Origin: Calditrichota bacterium
GTDB taxonomy: Bacteria; Electryoneota; B3-LCP
Length of the DNA stretch: 64,000 nucleotides
Direction: 5' to 3'
Assembly: GCA_020051775.1 (NCBI GenBank)
Contig: JAGVQJ010000048.1
Span: 2,556-66,555 of the forward strand
The position numbers and the translations under genes were made by a program. Of the stretch, positions 46,008 through 56,654 are shown one piece after another; positions within the stretch are counted from its first letter, which is position 1; every line of letters starts with the position of its first letter. The notes beneath the pieces were generated by a model. That model did not search any database, was not told where the DNA came from, and saw only the letters and a list, made by a program, of their open reading frames with translations.

Positions 46008-47945
46008 TTACTTGATTAGCATCATCTTTTGTATGGTATTGAGATCACCCGCTTGCATTCGGACGAAGTAAAGCCCCGTGGCCAATCCCGAACCATCGAA
46101 AGTTACTTCGTGTGGGCCCGCATCCCGCATACCTTCCGCCAAAGTCGCTACCGTTCTTCCTGAGATGTCAAAGACTCTTAAATTTACGTGGCTGACCGCT
46201 GAGAGCTGATATCTGATGGCTGTAGTGGGATTGAAGGGATTGGGGAAGGCCTCTAAATGCAAACCCGAAGGGATAGAGGCAGCCATTGGCTGCTCCCCGG
46301 GGAAGAGTTCACCCTGGCAATATGGTATTAGGATATCGGAACCGTCTCCACTCCCGATGATCGTAAATGTGAAGAAACTGCTGTCCACAGCCGGGTAAGA
46401 GAAGGTCCAGTTAGCGTAGCCAAGTTGAGTGTACAAACCCGGCGGCCAGGGGCCGGGCGTCAACATGCGCAGCCGAGTGACGACTACCCCCACAGGTGGA
46501 TTGATTTGAACCGGCCCCAGGTTCGGCGCGGTATACGTACCATTAGGATTTTTTATCCGTCCCCAAATCCAGAACGGCGCCTGATTGGGACCGTGGTTCA
46601 CGACCGTAGTGTTAAAAGGTATGGTTGGAGGGATATATGGCAGTTGGATTGCCAGAGTAACGTCAAGTTGCGGTTGACCAACCGGCGGGGTTTCCAAGAT
46701 AATCGTGTTCTCATCGTAATCAATGCCCAGCCAAAAGACGTCGGCGTTGGCGTTGGTGTTGCTCTGGAATGCGAAGATGCCATGCTGGATGAATCCGAAA
46801 TTCTCCGGGATGTTCTGTATTTGGGTGTAGGTTTGCGAAGTGGAGTCCCAATCAAAGATGCGCAGGGCCTGAGCAAGCTGCATGACAAACTCATCGCGGC
46901 CGTCGCCGTCCAAATCACCTGCGCAAAGGCCAGGCAATCCAAAGTAGCCGTCACTGATCGTGATTGTCTGTCGTACAGCGAAGGAATCATTCCCGATAGC
47001 TTCATAGATTTGTGTAATCCATCCCTGGCTGGAACTCGATCCCCCCACAATAAATTCCGGCCGGCCGTTGTTGTCCATGTCGTTGGCGTATACGCAGGCG
47101 TAGGCATTATAGGAATTCATGTTGGCGTGATAAATCGGCTGCAAGGCGTTCGGGCCTGAAGATTCAAAGACGAATATCTCACCTCCGCCGGTCGAAAAGA
47201 CCACTTCCACCAAACCGTCGCCATCAAAGTCGGCTACGACCTTTTGGCCGGTGTTGTTGTTGGACACTGATTGGCTGAAGATCTGTTGGAACTGGTTGTT
47301 GCCGGTGTTCTCGAAGATGACCAGCCGGTTGTCGCTACCGAAGGAGTTCCAGCCGTGAATGATCTCCATTTGATTGTCCTGATCCAGATCGCCGATGGTC
47401 GTGTAGCCGGTGACATTGGGCATCGCCGGCGACTGCCAGACCTGTGAATTGGCGTACTGTCCCAAAGCAGGTGATTCGTAGATATACACCCAGGAACTCC
47501 ACTGGCCGACCACGTCGGGCAGGTTGTCGCCATCCACCTGCCCATAAGCATAAGGGATGAGACCGGCGCTGCTCTGGAAGGCTTGATTGTAAATATTGGA
47601 GCCTGCCTGCCTTTCATAACCTCTATATGTAAAGGTTGACCCTACTCCAATGTACATGTAAGCCTCGAACAAACTGTCTCCGTCAGAATCGCCGCCCGAC
47701 ATGGTATTGTACATAGGGCCGACGGTACTGCCGATTTGCACTAATGTGATGTCATCGGTGGCGGGATCCTGCGTCCAGGCGCCTTCCCGGCACTTGAAAT
47801 AAGGTCTCGTACCAATGGGCATGATTTGACCATCTACTCCATAGAGTGGGCAGGGTTGGTTGGCATCGCTGTTGACTTGCGCACAGAGATTTTGTGTCAG
47901 TAATAGCGCCGCCGAACCGATGAACAAAATCTGAATCAATTTCAT
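46008..47945 (-). CDS. FG-GAP/VCBS repeat beta-propeller protein with shared domain and T9SS-type CTD
   Basis: GDSDGD, DGDNLPD, GDLDQD, ADFDGDG, DMDNNG and GDLDGDG repeats; PNPFNP...KMMLIK. Confidence 0.85.
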   Translation of the reverse strand: MKLIQILFIGSAALLLTQNLCAQVNSDANQPCPLYGVDGQIMPIGTRPYFKCREGAWTQDPATDDITLVQIGSTVGPMYNTMSGGDSDGDSLFEAYMYIGVGSTFTYRGYERQAGSNIYNQAFQSSAGLIPYAYGQVDGDNLPDVVGQWSSWVYIYESPALGQYANSQVWQSPAMPNVTGYTTIGDLDQDNQMEIIHGWNSFGSDNRLVIFENTGNNQFQQIFSQSVSNNNTGQKVVADFDGDGLVEVVFSTGGGEIFVFESSGPNALQPIYHANMNSYNAYACVYANDMDNNGRPEFIVGGSSSSQGWITQIYEAIGNDSFAVRQTITISDGYFGLPGLCAGDLDGDGRDEFVMQLAQALRIFDWDSTSQTYTQIQNIPENFGFIQHGIFAFQSNTNANADVFWLGIDYDENTIILETPPVGQPQLDVTLAIQLPYIPPTIPFNTTVVNHGPNQAPFWIWGRIKNPNGTYTAPNLGPVQINPPVGVVVTRLRMLTPGPWPPGLYTQLGYANWTFSYPAVDSSFFTFTIIGSGDGSDILIPYCQGELFPGEQPMAASIPSGLHLEAFPNPFNPTTAIRYQLSAVSHVNLRVFDISGRTVATLAEGMRDAGPHEVTFDGSGLATGLYFVRMQAGDLNTIQKMMLIK

Positions 47946-48006
47946 GGCATGCCTCCTTTATTGATGACAAATCATAAATGACAAATGACGCAGTCGATCG
48001 CGTGTG

Positions 48007-49269
48007 TTATTTCAGCAACACCATCTTACCAGAAACGTTGGCTACTCCTGAGGCCAGATGGTAGAGGTAAACACCAGAAGGCAAGTTTGAGCCATCGAAG
48101 ATCATCTGATGCATTCCCGCCTCCTGCATTCCTTCCGCCAAAGTCGCTACTAGTCGTCCAGCGGTATCGTAGACTTTGAGACTTACCGGGCTTGCCGCTT
48201 GTAACTGGTAGCTAAGAGCTGTTGAGGAATTAAAGGGATTGGGTTGAGCATGGCAGATCGCAACGTCATGCGGGGCTGAAAAAGGATCCGGCAAAACACT
48301 CGTGATATTCTCATGATACCAAAGAGCCATTTCGTCCACAGCCGCTTCCAGACCATCCATGCTGTCGCCTACAGCAAATGTCGAGGCAGTTTGTACGAAT
48401 TCGCCGGGAAACAGGGTATAAGGACCGGTGGAAATCAGCACGCGGTAATCCTGTACGGAATCCGGTTCAGGCCGGAAAGCGTAACCGCCGGAAGCGGGAT
48501 GTATACCGGCCATAAACTGGAACATCTCGTCATCATTGCTGGGGTCGTCATTCCAATTCCACCATTGGAAGGAACAGAGCGGAAGCGGAGCCTCCAACAG
48601 CGCGATGCCGGTATAACCAAGCGATAGACCATAATCGCCGGTATCATCTCCAGGCTCGGCGGGATCATCGCCATCCCACATATACCCCAGGGATCGTTGC
48701 GGCTGATAAGAAGCCCAGTCATCAATATTGCAGTTGGTCAGATCACCGCTAGCCACGTCATAATCGAAGACCCAGGCAATATAGACACTGTCGAGATTGT
48801 AGCCGCCTGCATTACGAAGAGTTTGCAGGATTAGAAAGGCCTCGTCCGGTCCTTCCCCCGCTGGGAATGCGCTGACGATCTGGTCAACCTGCAATCCCAA
48901 AGGAAAATGCTCGGCTTGAGGAAACATATCGGTGTAAATGCATGTGTCTGCGAAAGTAGTGATTCCCAAAATGGTATACTCGTCATGCAGTAGTCCGCGA
49001 ATGTCGTGCCATTCATACCCCGAACTATAATCGGCATGGGACACATGCCGAACACCATTGACCACCGCGCCAACCCAGTATCGCCCTTCCCACAGGTAAT
49101 CGAAACTGTTGACGGTCCCATACGGCCATTGGTTGGAAGGGTAGTTGTCATTAGGATCGCCAAAAATGCCGAAATTGGTTACAGCACTGACCAGGGTTGA
49201 CGACTGTGCTGAGCAGATCATGGGGAGAAGAAAACAGAAGGCAACCGCAAAGATGATTCTCCACTTCAT
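48007..49269 (-). CDS. Secreted protein with T9SS-type CTD
   Basis: Signal peptide; VTNFGIFG, YLWEGRYWVGA and DYRVLISTGP; PNPFNS...KMVLLK. Confidence 0.78.
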   Translation of the reverse strand: MKWRIIFAVAFCFLLPMICSAQSSTLVSAVTNFGIFGDPNDNYPSNQWPYGTVNSFDYLWEGRYWVGAVVNGVRHVSHADYSSGYEWHDIRGLLHDEYTILGITTFADTCIYTDMFPQAEHFPLGLQVDQIVSAFPAGEGPDEAFLILQTLRNAGGYNLDSVYIAWVFDYDVASGDLTNCNIDDWASYQPQRSLGYMWDGDDPAEPGDDTGDYGLSLGYTGIALLEAPLPLCSFQWWNWNDDPSNDDEMFQFMAGIHPASGGYAFRPEPDSVQDYRVLISTGPYTLFPGEFVQTASTFAVGDSMDGLEAAVDEMALWYHENITSVLPDPFSAPHDVAICHAQPNPFNSSTALSYQLQAASPVSLKVYDTAGRLVATLAEGMQEAGMHQMIFDGSNLPSGVYLYHLASGVANVSGKMVLLK

Positions 49270-49312
49270 TACAATCCTCCTTGCATGTCAAATGACTACT
49301 TTAGTATTTGGC

Positions 49313-50857
49313 CTATTTCAGCAGCACCATTTTACCGGAAGCAATAACTGATCCTGCGTTTATGCGATATAGATAGACACCGGAGGCTAAATTTGAAGCA
49401 TCAAAGATCACCTGGTGCGCTCCTGGCTCCTGCCAGTTCCCAACTAGTACAGAAACCAACCTACCAGCGACATCGAAAACCCGCAGATCAACCCGGCTGA
49501 AAGCTGATAGCTGATAGCTGATCGCTGTGGTTTGATTAAACGGATTCGGGTTAAGCCGCATCAGCGAGAGATTATCCAGAGCGACGCGAGTCCGTGGTTT
49601 AATCACGGGTGAGTTTTGGTCAAAGTAAAATGCCCCTATATCAGCGATGGTACTGTCAGGATCGAGCGGCAACGTCGGATCACCGGCATCAATGCAGGGC
49701 GAACCGACTGATAGGTGATAATCCCCTGTCGGGGGATTGACAAATAGAGGTTCTACCAGGATATTGAAGAAAGCATCGCATGAATCGAGGTTGGCGTTGA
49801 TCGTGTCAAGTTGCCCCAATCCGGGGGGCACCTCGCCTGCGAAGTTATCGGTTAGGGGATTGTAAACATCGCAATACTGCAGGATTGTATTGGGCGAGTT
49901 GATGAAGTGTATCGCACCGTAACCCTGGCTGCCTTCGATGATGGAATTGATGATCGTCGGATAGGAGGTTTCGATGAAAAGTCCACCGCCCAGGGAGTCG
50001 GCGGAGTTTCCCGCAAAAGTGCAATTGGTTAAAACCGGCGCCGAGGGACTGAATCCGCCAGCCAGGATAGCGGCACCTCCACCGCTGGAATCGGCTGTGT
50101 TGTTGGAAAAAAGGCAGCGCGTGAATTCAGCGAGGGAATAATCGCTAAGTGATAAGCCTCCGCCGAACTCGCCGGAATGATTGTTGCTGAAGACGCAATC
50201 GGTCACGCGGGGATTGGAGAGGTGATTGGCGCATAAACCTCCGCCGCCGTGCCCGCTGACTCCCAGACCCAGATTGCAGATATTCCCCGAAACCAGGCAA
50301 TTGGTGATGATAGGCGATGCGCCTGTACAGTAAATGCCGCCGCCGTTGTGTATACAGAGGTTGCCGCTGACTTCGCAGTCGGAAATATTCGCGTTCGCGT
50401 GGGATAGATAGATGCCTCCACCCCAGGTGGCGAGATTCCCGGTCACCAGGCAATGAGAAATCGTAAGATCCACATAATAGGCGTTGATCCCGCTGTTGTT
50501 AAAACCCCTGACATGGCAATAGGATAACTGGCTGCCGGGCGAGGAACCGGTCTGGAAAATAATACTGGCACCGGAATCCGGCCCGGAAGGTACGAAGAAA
50601 ATGCTGTCCTGCGCCGTGCCTATGGCCTGCATCCAGCCATATATGATGAAGGCGCTGCGAGCAGTAAATTGGAGACTCGCTCCCGGTTCAATAAGCAGTG
50701 AATCTGTGGCGCGAACAAAAATGGAATCGTCCACAATGTAAGTGTCCGGCGGTAGCGTCCCGCTCAAGAAACCGGAGATGTGCGTTTGCGCAAGAAGAGC
50801 GGTTTGCGAACCCATAATCAGCACGGCCGCCAGTAGACAAATGGATTTGACCTTCAT
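49313..50857 (-). CDS. Right-handed beta-helix protein with T9SS-type CTD
   Basis: GGGIY repeats, SPCIDAGDP...DIGAF, PNPFN...KMVLLK. Confidence 0.85.
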   Translation of the reverse strand: MKVKSICLLAAVLIMGSQTALLAQTHISGFLSGTLPPDTYIVDDSIFVRATDSLLIEPGASLQFTARSAFIIYGWMQAIGTAQDSIFFVPSGPDSGASIIFQTGSSPGSQLSYCHVRGFNNSGINAYYVDLTISHCLVTGNLATWGGGIYLSHANANISDCEVSGNLCIHNGGGIYCTGASPIITNCLVSGNICNLGLGVSGHGGGGLCANHLSNPRVTDCVFSNNHSGEFGGGLSLSDYSLAEFTRCLFSNNTADSSGGGAAILAGGFSPSAPVLTNCTFAGNSADSLGGGLFIETSYPTIINSIIEGSQGYGAIHFINSPNTILQYCDVYNPLTDNFAGEVPPGLGQLDTINANLDSCDAFFNILVEPLFVNPPTGDYHLSVGSPCIDAGDPTLPLDPDSTIADIGAFYFDQNSPVIKPRTRVALDNLSLMRLNPNPFNQTTAISYQLSAFSRVDLRVFDVAGRLVSVLVGNWQEPGAHQVIFDASNLASGVYLYRINAGSVIASGKMVLLK

Positions 50858-51987
50858 GGGATCTCTCCTGAGAAAAATTCACGATCTATAGTTTCAGCGA
50901 TAACCCGGCAACCTGCCTTGCGAGGATGGCCGTCCTGGTCGGCTGGATAAAGATCTGGACGACCGATTTGTGCTTGCAGCGATGGAAGCAAATCCAGATA
51001 AGTGATTTCGTGAGCTTTAAAAAAAGCAGTCAGCGAATCCCGCACTTGCTGTTCGGCGTCCAGCATTTGCGTCAACGTATCGGCATGGTGCGAAATGCTG
51101 CCTTCGCTTATACAGGGTGAATAGACACTCTCTTTGGTGGGAATAAGCAACACGACGAAGCGTATTTCATGCGTCTTGCACAGAGAATCCATGCGGGCAA
51201 AAGCTGTTTCGCTCAAGCGTAATCCCTCGGTAATGCGCAAATCACCCAGATCCAGCGCTTTGAACCAAGTGAAGGGTGTCAGTCCTGTTTTTACGTTTCG
51301 AGTCGTGTCTTCCAGGATTATAACGTCGGCGTCTTTTGAGTAAAAGTAGCGCATTTTCAACGCCGCAAAATTATCGGCAATGAACCTCACCAGCAGCCGG
51401 TAAAGAACACTGTGGGTAGAGAGCCACTCTCGCTGAATCCCCAGCAGGTGGCGCGGTTCGATGGCGATCTCTTCACTCGGGATGCCGGGCCGCCGCAGAG
51501 ATTCCCAATATTCGAGACTGTAAACTAAAGTATAAGCATCGTACAAGTCATTGCCGAAGTAGAATCCTGCGATCACTGTTTGGGGGTGAAGAGAAACGGT
51601 GCGATGCTCCAGCAGCCAGTCGTAGTGAACCGGCCCATAGCCGCCCAGGGATAGGTTGTAAACCTGTTTCCCAGCTCTTTTCCCCAGAAGCGCAGGCCAG
51701 GAATTTTCCTTCGCTACCGACCAACCATAGGTTTGTGAGTCGCCGATGGTCACGATAGCGACGCTATCCGGGATGGTCGAGTTGCGATAACCCCAAGCAT
51801 CATGGCCGCCTGAATTCGGCCTTATAACCAATCCCAATATCTCATCGGATTGAAGGCTAGGGGACAGATAATCGCCGGGATGCAAAACCAGTCGCAGAAT
51901 GCCTTCACCAGTCAGAATGCTCGCCAGCATAGCAATAGCGGAAAGCAACAGAATTTGCCACCGGAAAGAGGCTCGTGACTTGGTCAT
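50854..51987 (-). CDS. Membrane-anchored SGNH/GDSL hydrolase (AlgX-like)
   Basis: IGDSQTYG block I, GND block III, DGHP block V; N-terminal TM; likely start MTKSRA. Confidence 0.82.
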   Translation of the reverse strand: MTKSRASFRWQILLLSAIAMLASILTGEGILRLVLHPGDYLSPSLQSDEILGLVIRPNSGGHDAWGYRNSTIPDSVAIVTIGDSQTYGWSVAKENSWPALLGKRAGKQVYNLSLGGYGPVHYDWLLEHRTVSLHPQTVIAGFYFGNDLYDAYTLVYSLEYWESLRRPGIPSEEIAIEPRHLLGIQREWLSTHSVLYRLLVRFIADNFAALKMRYFYSKDADVIILEDTTRNVKTGLTPFTWFKALDLGDLRITEGLRLSETAFARMDSLCKTHEIRFVVLLIPTKESVYSPCISEGSISHHADTLTQMLDAEQQVRDSLTAFFKAHEITYLDLLPSLQAQIGRPDLYPADQDGHPRKAGCRVIAETIDREFFSGEIP

Positions 51988-52177
51988 AGGCGATTGGAAT
52001 TCTTGCAACCCCGGCTGGCAAACAGCCGCAACATGGCCATTAATATAGTATTTTCCAGGTATGACCTAATTTAACAAGAAATAACCAGAAAGTCAAGGGA
52101 ATTATTCCGGGGCATGAAAATTCCCCTGAGTTTACGCCTTGATCATGCGATAAATCGCCCCCCCTAATAAAAAAAGC

Positions 52178-52206
52178 TTGACATCCATTGATTATTTTAC
52201 TAAATT
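52178..52206 (+). promoter_or_regulatory. sigma70 promoter TTGACA-17-TAAATT
   Basis: -35 at 52178-52183, -10 at 52201-52206. Confidence 0.65.
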
Positions 52207-52249
52207 AATATAATTCTACCCCCTTCAATCAAACTTGGGAGATCGAGTC

Positions 52250-54328
52250 ATGCGACGTTCACTACCAATTCTTGCTCTCACTTTGGCGCTGATCATTACC
52301 CCGGCTCTGGCCCAGTGGAATCTGCAACAAAACCTGGGCAATCTCGAGCCTATTAGTTTTGAGGACGTCTTCAATGACACGATCAAATATGATGATGGTG
52401 CGATCAACTGGTGGTACAATGGATTGACCAACTTCCGCCTGGCGACGAAGTTCACACCTGCGGCTGCTTACCACTTGCAGAGAATCATGATCGCTCTCGA
52501 CAGTTCCAGCACCGCGCCGATTACCATCTTTGTAAAAAACGACAGCGCGGGTTTTCCTGGTGGCACTCCACTTTGGTCGGGCAACCTGTTCTATAATGCC
52601 CCTTATACCTGGCTGGGTCTGACCGTGGATACTCTAAACCTGCCGCAGTACCACTTCTCGGCGGGGACTACATTCTGGATCGAGATCCGATCCAATGGTC
52701 CGCCGTTTGAAATCTACGACGCCTCCCCCACTCTGCCGACCCGATCCAAAACCTGGTTTGCGCCCTGGGGCGGTTGGGTCAACTCTCCCGGCGACAACTT
52801 CATTCGCGTGGCAGGTGAGTATTCAACCAGCATCGTTGATGCGGGGTGTGATTCCATCTGGCACGGAGGCAACTTCTTTCTGCCTAACCCTAGCAGTATT
52901 TCAGTAAGCGCCCGCGTAAAAAATTTCGGATCCAGCACGGCGACTTTCAATGTAGCTTGCTCGTTATTCACGGAGTTGGGCGGTTCGTCTTTCACTTTCT
53001 TTCAGGCGCTGACCCCTCAGACGGTGACTTCACTGGCCTCCGGCGGTTTCACGACCGTGAACTTCCCCAGCGTCAACCTCCCTACAAGCAACCGCTATCG
53101 CCTCCGTGTCCGGACTCTGCTGGCCGGCGATGGCAATCCGGATAATAATGCCTGGGATACCGAAACCCTAATTTATACCGCTCCTGCCGAACTTCGATAT
53201 GACGACACTTTGTACGCCAATGCCGCTTATGCCCTGACGGGCAATGGCTGGGCGATGAAGTTCAATCCCCACCAAACCGGTAATTATACTCTGGACCAAT
53301 TCAAAGTCATGGCACAATTCGCAAACGGAGATTCGGCGGCAAGAATCCAAGTGCTGGATGATAATGGCGCCTCCGGAGCTCCTGGAACAATACTTTACCA
53401 GACTGTCGCAATTATGACCACTGGTTGGAATGCGTTCAACGTCAGCCTCGCCAACCAAACCGGATCATTTTATGTGGCCTACATTTTCGAGCATGGCACC
53501 CACACTTCGGCTCTGCGGTACGATGATTATCCCTCGTCAGGACAGGGCTGGAGCAAGAGCGGCGCCATCTGGATCGCTGACGCCTCCGCCTCGGATTGGA
53601 TGATTCGGGCGACTATCTCTTCATCTGCACTCCCACCGTCTTTAGACGTGACTCTCACTCCGGTAAATCCACCGATCACCATCCCGGCCAACGGCGGCAG
53701 TTTCCAATTCAATACCGCAGTCGCCAGAACCGTCGGACCGCAAGCCGCATTCTGGGCTTGGGCGAGGATGAAATACCCCAACGGAACCTACAGCAGCCCT
53801 ACATTAGGGCCGGTGCAGATCAATCCTCCGGTGGGCGTAACCATCACCCGGTTGCGCATCCAGAACATCCCTTCTACCCATCCGGCCGGGGTGACTACCT
53901 ACCTGGGTTACGCCAACACTACTTTCACCTACCCGGCCATTGATTCCAGCTCCTTCACTTTCACCAAGCTGGTAACTGTTGACAACGGCCCCTGGGTGAA
54001 TGACTACACCTGTTCAGGTGAACTTTTCCCAGGAGAAGAGGTAACATTTGGCGAAATTCATCCTTCGGCCTTCCTCCTTTATCCGTGCAGCCCTAATCCC
54101 TTCAATCCGACAACAGCCATCCGCTATCAGCTTTCAGTTTTCAGCCATGTCAGTTTGAGAGTCTATAATACTACCGGGAGACTGATCGCAGAATTAGTGA
54201 ACGGGGGGCAGCAGGCTGGAATCCATCAGGTGACCTTCGATGGATCGAGATTGGCGTCCGGTCTGTACTTCTTGAGGATGCAAGAAGGTGACTTCAGCGC
54301 TACGCAGAAGCTAATGCTGGTGAAATAA
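52250..54328 (+). CDS. Secreted multi-beta-sandwich protein (YDD jelly-roll-like x2, CARDB-like) with shared domain and T9SS-type CTD
   Basis: Start MRRSLP; IKYDDG and LRYDD domains, VKNFG...DGNPDNN CARDB-like; PNPFNP...KLMLVK. Confidence 0.78.
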   Translation: MRRSLPILALTLALIITPALAQWNLQQNLGNLEPISFEDVFNDTIKYDDGAINWWYNGLTNFRLATKFTPAAAYHLQRIMIALDSSSTAPITIFVKNDSAGFPGGTPLWSGNLFYNAPYTWLGLTVDTLNLPQYHFSAGTTFWIEIRSNGPPFEIYDASPTLPTRSKTWFAPWGGWVNSPGDNFIRVAGEYSTSIVDAGCDSIWHGGNFFLPNPSSISVSARVKNFGSSTATFNVACSLFTELGGSSFTFFQALTPQTVTSLASGGFTTVNFPSVNLPTSNRYRLRVRTLLAGDGNPDNNAWDTETLIYTAPAELRYDDTLYANAAYALTGNGWAMKFNPHQTGNYTLDQFKVMAQFANGDSAARIQVLDDNGASGAPGTILYQTVAIMTTGWNAFNVSLANQTGSFYVAYIFEHGTHTSALRYDDYPSSGQGWSKSGAIWIADASASDWMIRATISSSALPPSLDVTLTPVNPPITIPANGGSFQFNTAVARTVGPQAAFWAWARMKYPNGTYSSPTLGPVQINPPVGVTITRLRIQNIPSTHPAGVTTYLGYANTTFTYPAIDSSSFTFTKLVTVDNGPWVNDYTCSGELFPGEEVTFGEIHPSAFLLYPCSPNPFNPTTAIRYQLSVFSHVSLRVYNTTGRLIAELVNGGQQAGIHQVTFDGSRLASGLYFLRMQEGDFSATQKLMLVK

Positions 54329-54330
54329 AA

Positions 54331-54473
54331 TAGTTGCTAGTCGCTGTTTGCTAGTTACTTGCAGGGGCGCACGGCGTGCGCCCCAATTTTTACCTCAGTT
54401 AAAAATTTGAAAATCCCCCCTTAAAACGTTGCGTCAGGTCTTCGTCCATCGAGTTGGACTTGGCCTGACGCAA
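54331..54473. repeat. Intergenic mosaic: heptamer array, REP-like palindrome and TGCGTCAGG hairpin
   Basis: tagttgc tagtcgc tgtttgc tagttac; GCAGGGGCGCACGGCGTGCGCCCC 54361; TTGCGTCAGG...CCTGACGCAA 54429-54473. Confidence 0.65.
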
Positions 54474-54493
54474 TTGGTTTGAGTTCGAGGATG

Positions 54494-56503
54494 CTATTTC
54501 AGAAGAAGCAATTTACCCGTTGCTACCTCCCCATCGGCGGTGAGACGGTACAGATAAACACCGGAGGAAATTGACGAACCATCGAAGGTTGCTTGATGAG
54601 CGCCAGCCTCCTGCATCCCGTCTACCAGTTCGCTAATCAGTCTCCCTGAGATATCGTAGATGTTCAAACTTACATGGCTGAAAGCTGAAAGCTGATAGCT
54701 GATAGCTGTTGTTGGATTGAACGGATTGGGGTAGTTTCCCAATAAAGCAAACGCACCCGGTGTCTCACTATTGGTAAAGCTTTGAGTGCCATGAGGCCCC
54801 TTAGGCCTAAGACCGTCATCCCCCCCATCCAAACTGAAACCCTCGTCACCACCTCGCGTTCCCTGCTTGGTGAAAGCGAGAGTATCCCGACTGCAAATGG
54901 AACCGGGATTTTGCCCCAGGAAACCGACGAACAGATAGTTACCCGCCGGCGCCGTTGGAGGCACCATTTGCACCCGCGTCCGTTCAATCGAACTTCCGGG
55001 CGGCAGGTTCAAGTCTGCAGGACCTACTACTGGACCGTACCAGGTCCCGTTCGGCAACTGCACCTTGCACCAGAACTGGGTAACTCGGGCAACCGAATCG
55101 GTGTTGGTCACGGCCACATCGTAGTTGAAACTGCCGCCGGAAGCCGGAATGATCACAGGCGGGTTAAGCGGCGTCAGAGTCGTCTGGAGATAAAGCCCGG
55201 CCAATGCTGCTCCGGCATCTAAGCGGCGTAGCGGACCCGGAAAAATTGGATTCAGTGAATCAATCCGGACGCTGGTGGCCAGGATATGATCCACAACCTG
55301 AGCATTACTTAGGCCCGGTTCTCGGGCCAGAATCATCGCCGACAGCCCCGCCGCCATAGGGTTGCAAAAGGAAGTCCCCGTCCAGACCTGGTAGCCGCCG
55401 CCGGGAACCGTACTGATATTGCCGCAAGGAGAGTAGCAGTCCACCCAGTTTCCGTAGTTCGTGTAGTATGCCAGCAGGTCATTCTGATCGGAGGCGCCAA
55501 CCGCCATGACATGGTCGTAAGCGGCTGGATAATGCGGTGTTGGTGCGGCGTCAGATCCCGCCGCTGCCACGATGATTACTCCCAATCCCCAGGCGTTATT
55601 AATGACCGCTTGTTCGTAAACGGTATAGTAATAGGACCCATAAGACAGGGATATGATATCGGCGCCGTTCGCGGCTAAGTAGGCGATGGCCTGAGTAGTG
55701 TTGTAGAGATAACTGCCGCCACATTTCGCGGTCATGATTTTCGCCTGACACCCCAAGCCGGCAATGCCGATCGAATTGTTGGTAACGGCAGTGGCCACAC
55801 CCGCGCAGTAAGTCCCATGTCCGGCGGAATCCTGCACGATATTGTTATTTCCAGCGAAATTCCACCCCCAGAAATCGTCAATCATCCCGTTCAAATCATC
55901 ATCCGCCCCATTCCATTCAATCGGCTCGATCATCCCGTTTTGGTTTAAATCTTCTCCCGGATTGATCCAGAGATTATCTCGCAGGTCGGGGTGTGTGGTA
56001 TCGGTGCCGGTATCCACGAAACCGATCTTCACCGCGCTGCTGCCCAAGGTAAAATCCCAGGCGGTCGGAGCGTTAATTAAAGTCAACGGCCACTGCTGTG
56101 AAAACAGGGTGTCGTTAGGAGTGAAGCACGGTTTGTGGAGCACATACGGTTCCGCCGAAAGCACTCCCGGCAGAGAGGCATAGTCTCGGGCGACCGCCAG
56201 CGGGTCAAACTCCGGCGGGAATTCAGCGATATAGAATCGTGACAAATCCCGAATTTGAAGATCTTCGGGCGCAGTTGACCAGGGAATGAGCTTGTCAATT
56301 CTGATCACCTGCCAGCGACCTTTAACAGCGGCCAGTTCTGGAGAAGTCTCCCCTCGCAGATCACCCACAGTGGGTGAAACCTCCACTACGATGTGCCCTT
56401 TCCAAAACAGTTCCGGCGTCAACGCTGTTTCATTCACTGCCTGCGTTTGAGCAACCGAGAACAGCGTCAAAACAGACAGACCCAGGATCAATTTCGTACG
56501 CAT
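54494..56503 (-). CDS. S8 (subtilisin-like) serine peptidase with shared domain and T9SS-type CTD
   Basis: FVDTG, GHGT and GTSF catalytic motifs; PNPFNP...KLLLLK. Confidence 0.9.
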   Translation of the reverse strand: MRTKLILGLSVLTLFSVAQTQAVNETALTPELFWKGHIVVEVSPTVGDLRGETSPELAAVKGRWQVIRIDKLIPWSTAPEDLQIRDLSRFYIAEFPPEFDPLAVARDYASLPGVLSAEPYVLHKPCFTPNDTLFSQQWPLTLINAPTAWDFTLGSSAVKIGFVDTGTDTTHPDLRDNLWINPGEDLNQNGMIEPIEWNGADDDLNGMIDDFWGWNFAGNNNIVQDSAGHGTYCAGVATAVTNNSIGIAGLGCQAKIMTAKCGGSYLYNTTQAIAYLAANGADIISLSYGSYYYTVYEQAVINNAWGLGVIIVAAAGSDAAPTPHYPAAYDHVMAVGASDQNDLLAYYTNYGNWVDCYSPCGNISTVPGGGYQVWTGTSFCNPMAAGLSAMILAREPGLSNAQVVDHILATSVRIDSLNPIFPGPLRRLDAGAALAGLYLQTTLTPLNPPVIIPASGGSFNYDVAVTNTDSVARVTQFWCKVQLPNGTWYGPVVGPADLNLPPGSSIERTRVQMVPPTAPAGNYLFVGFLGQNPGSICSRDTLAFTKQGTRGGDEGFSLDGGDDGLRPKGPHGTQSFTNSETPGAFALLGNYPNPFNPTTAISYQLSAFSHVSLNIYDISGRLISELVDGMQEAGAHQATFDGSSISSGVYLYRLTADGEVATGKLLLLK

Positions 56504-56565
56504 AACAACCTCCCGGATGGTGATTTCCTGCCCTTGGGCAGGGTCCCCGCTACAAATTCAGCAAT

Positions 56566-56609
56566 AATATAATGCTTTATTTTGCGGAATTCAAGCGCAA
56601 AATTTTGCG
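56566..56609 (-). promoter_or_regulatory. Promoter TTGAAT-17-TATATT with upstream palindrome CGCAA-N4-TTGCG
   Basis: -35 at 56589-56594, -10 at 56566-56571, palindrome at 56596-56609. Confidence 0.65.
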
Positions 56610-56654
56610 TAAATAAGATTTTTCCGCAGAAATACAAAGACGAAAAAAATAAAA

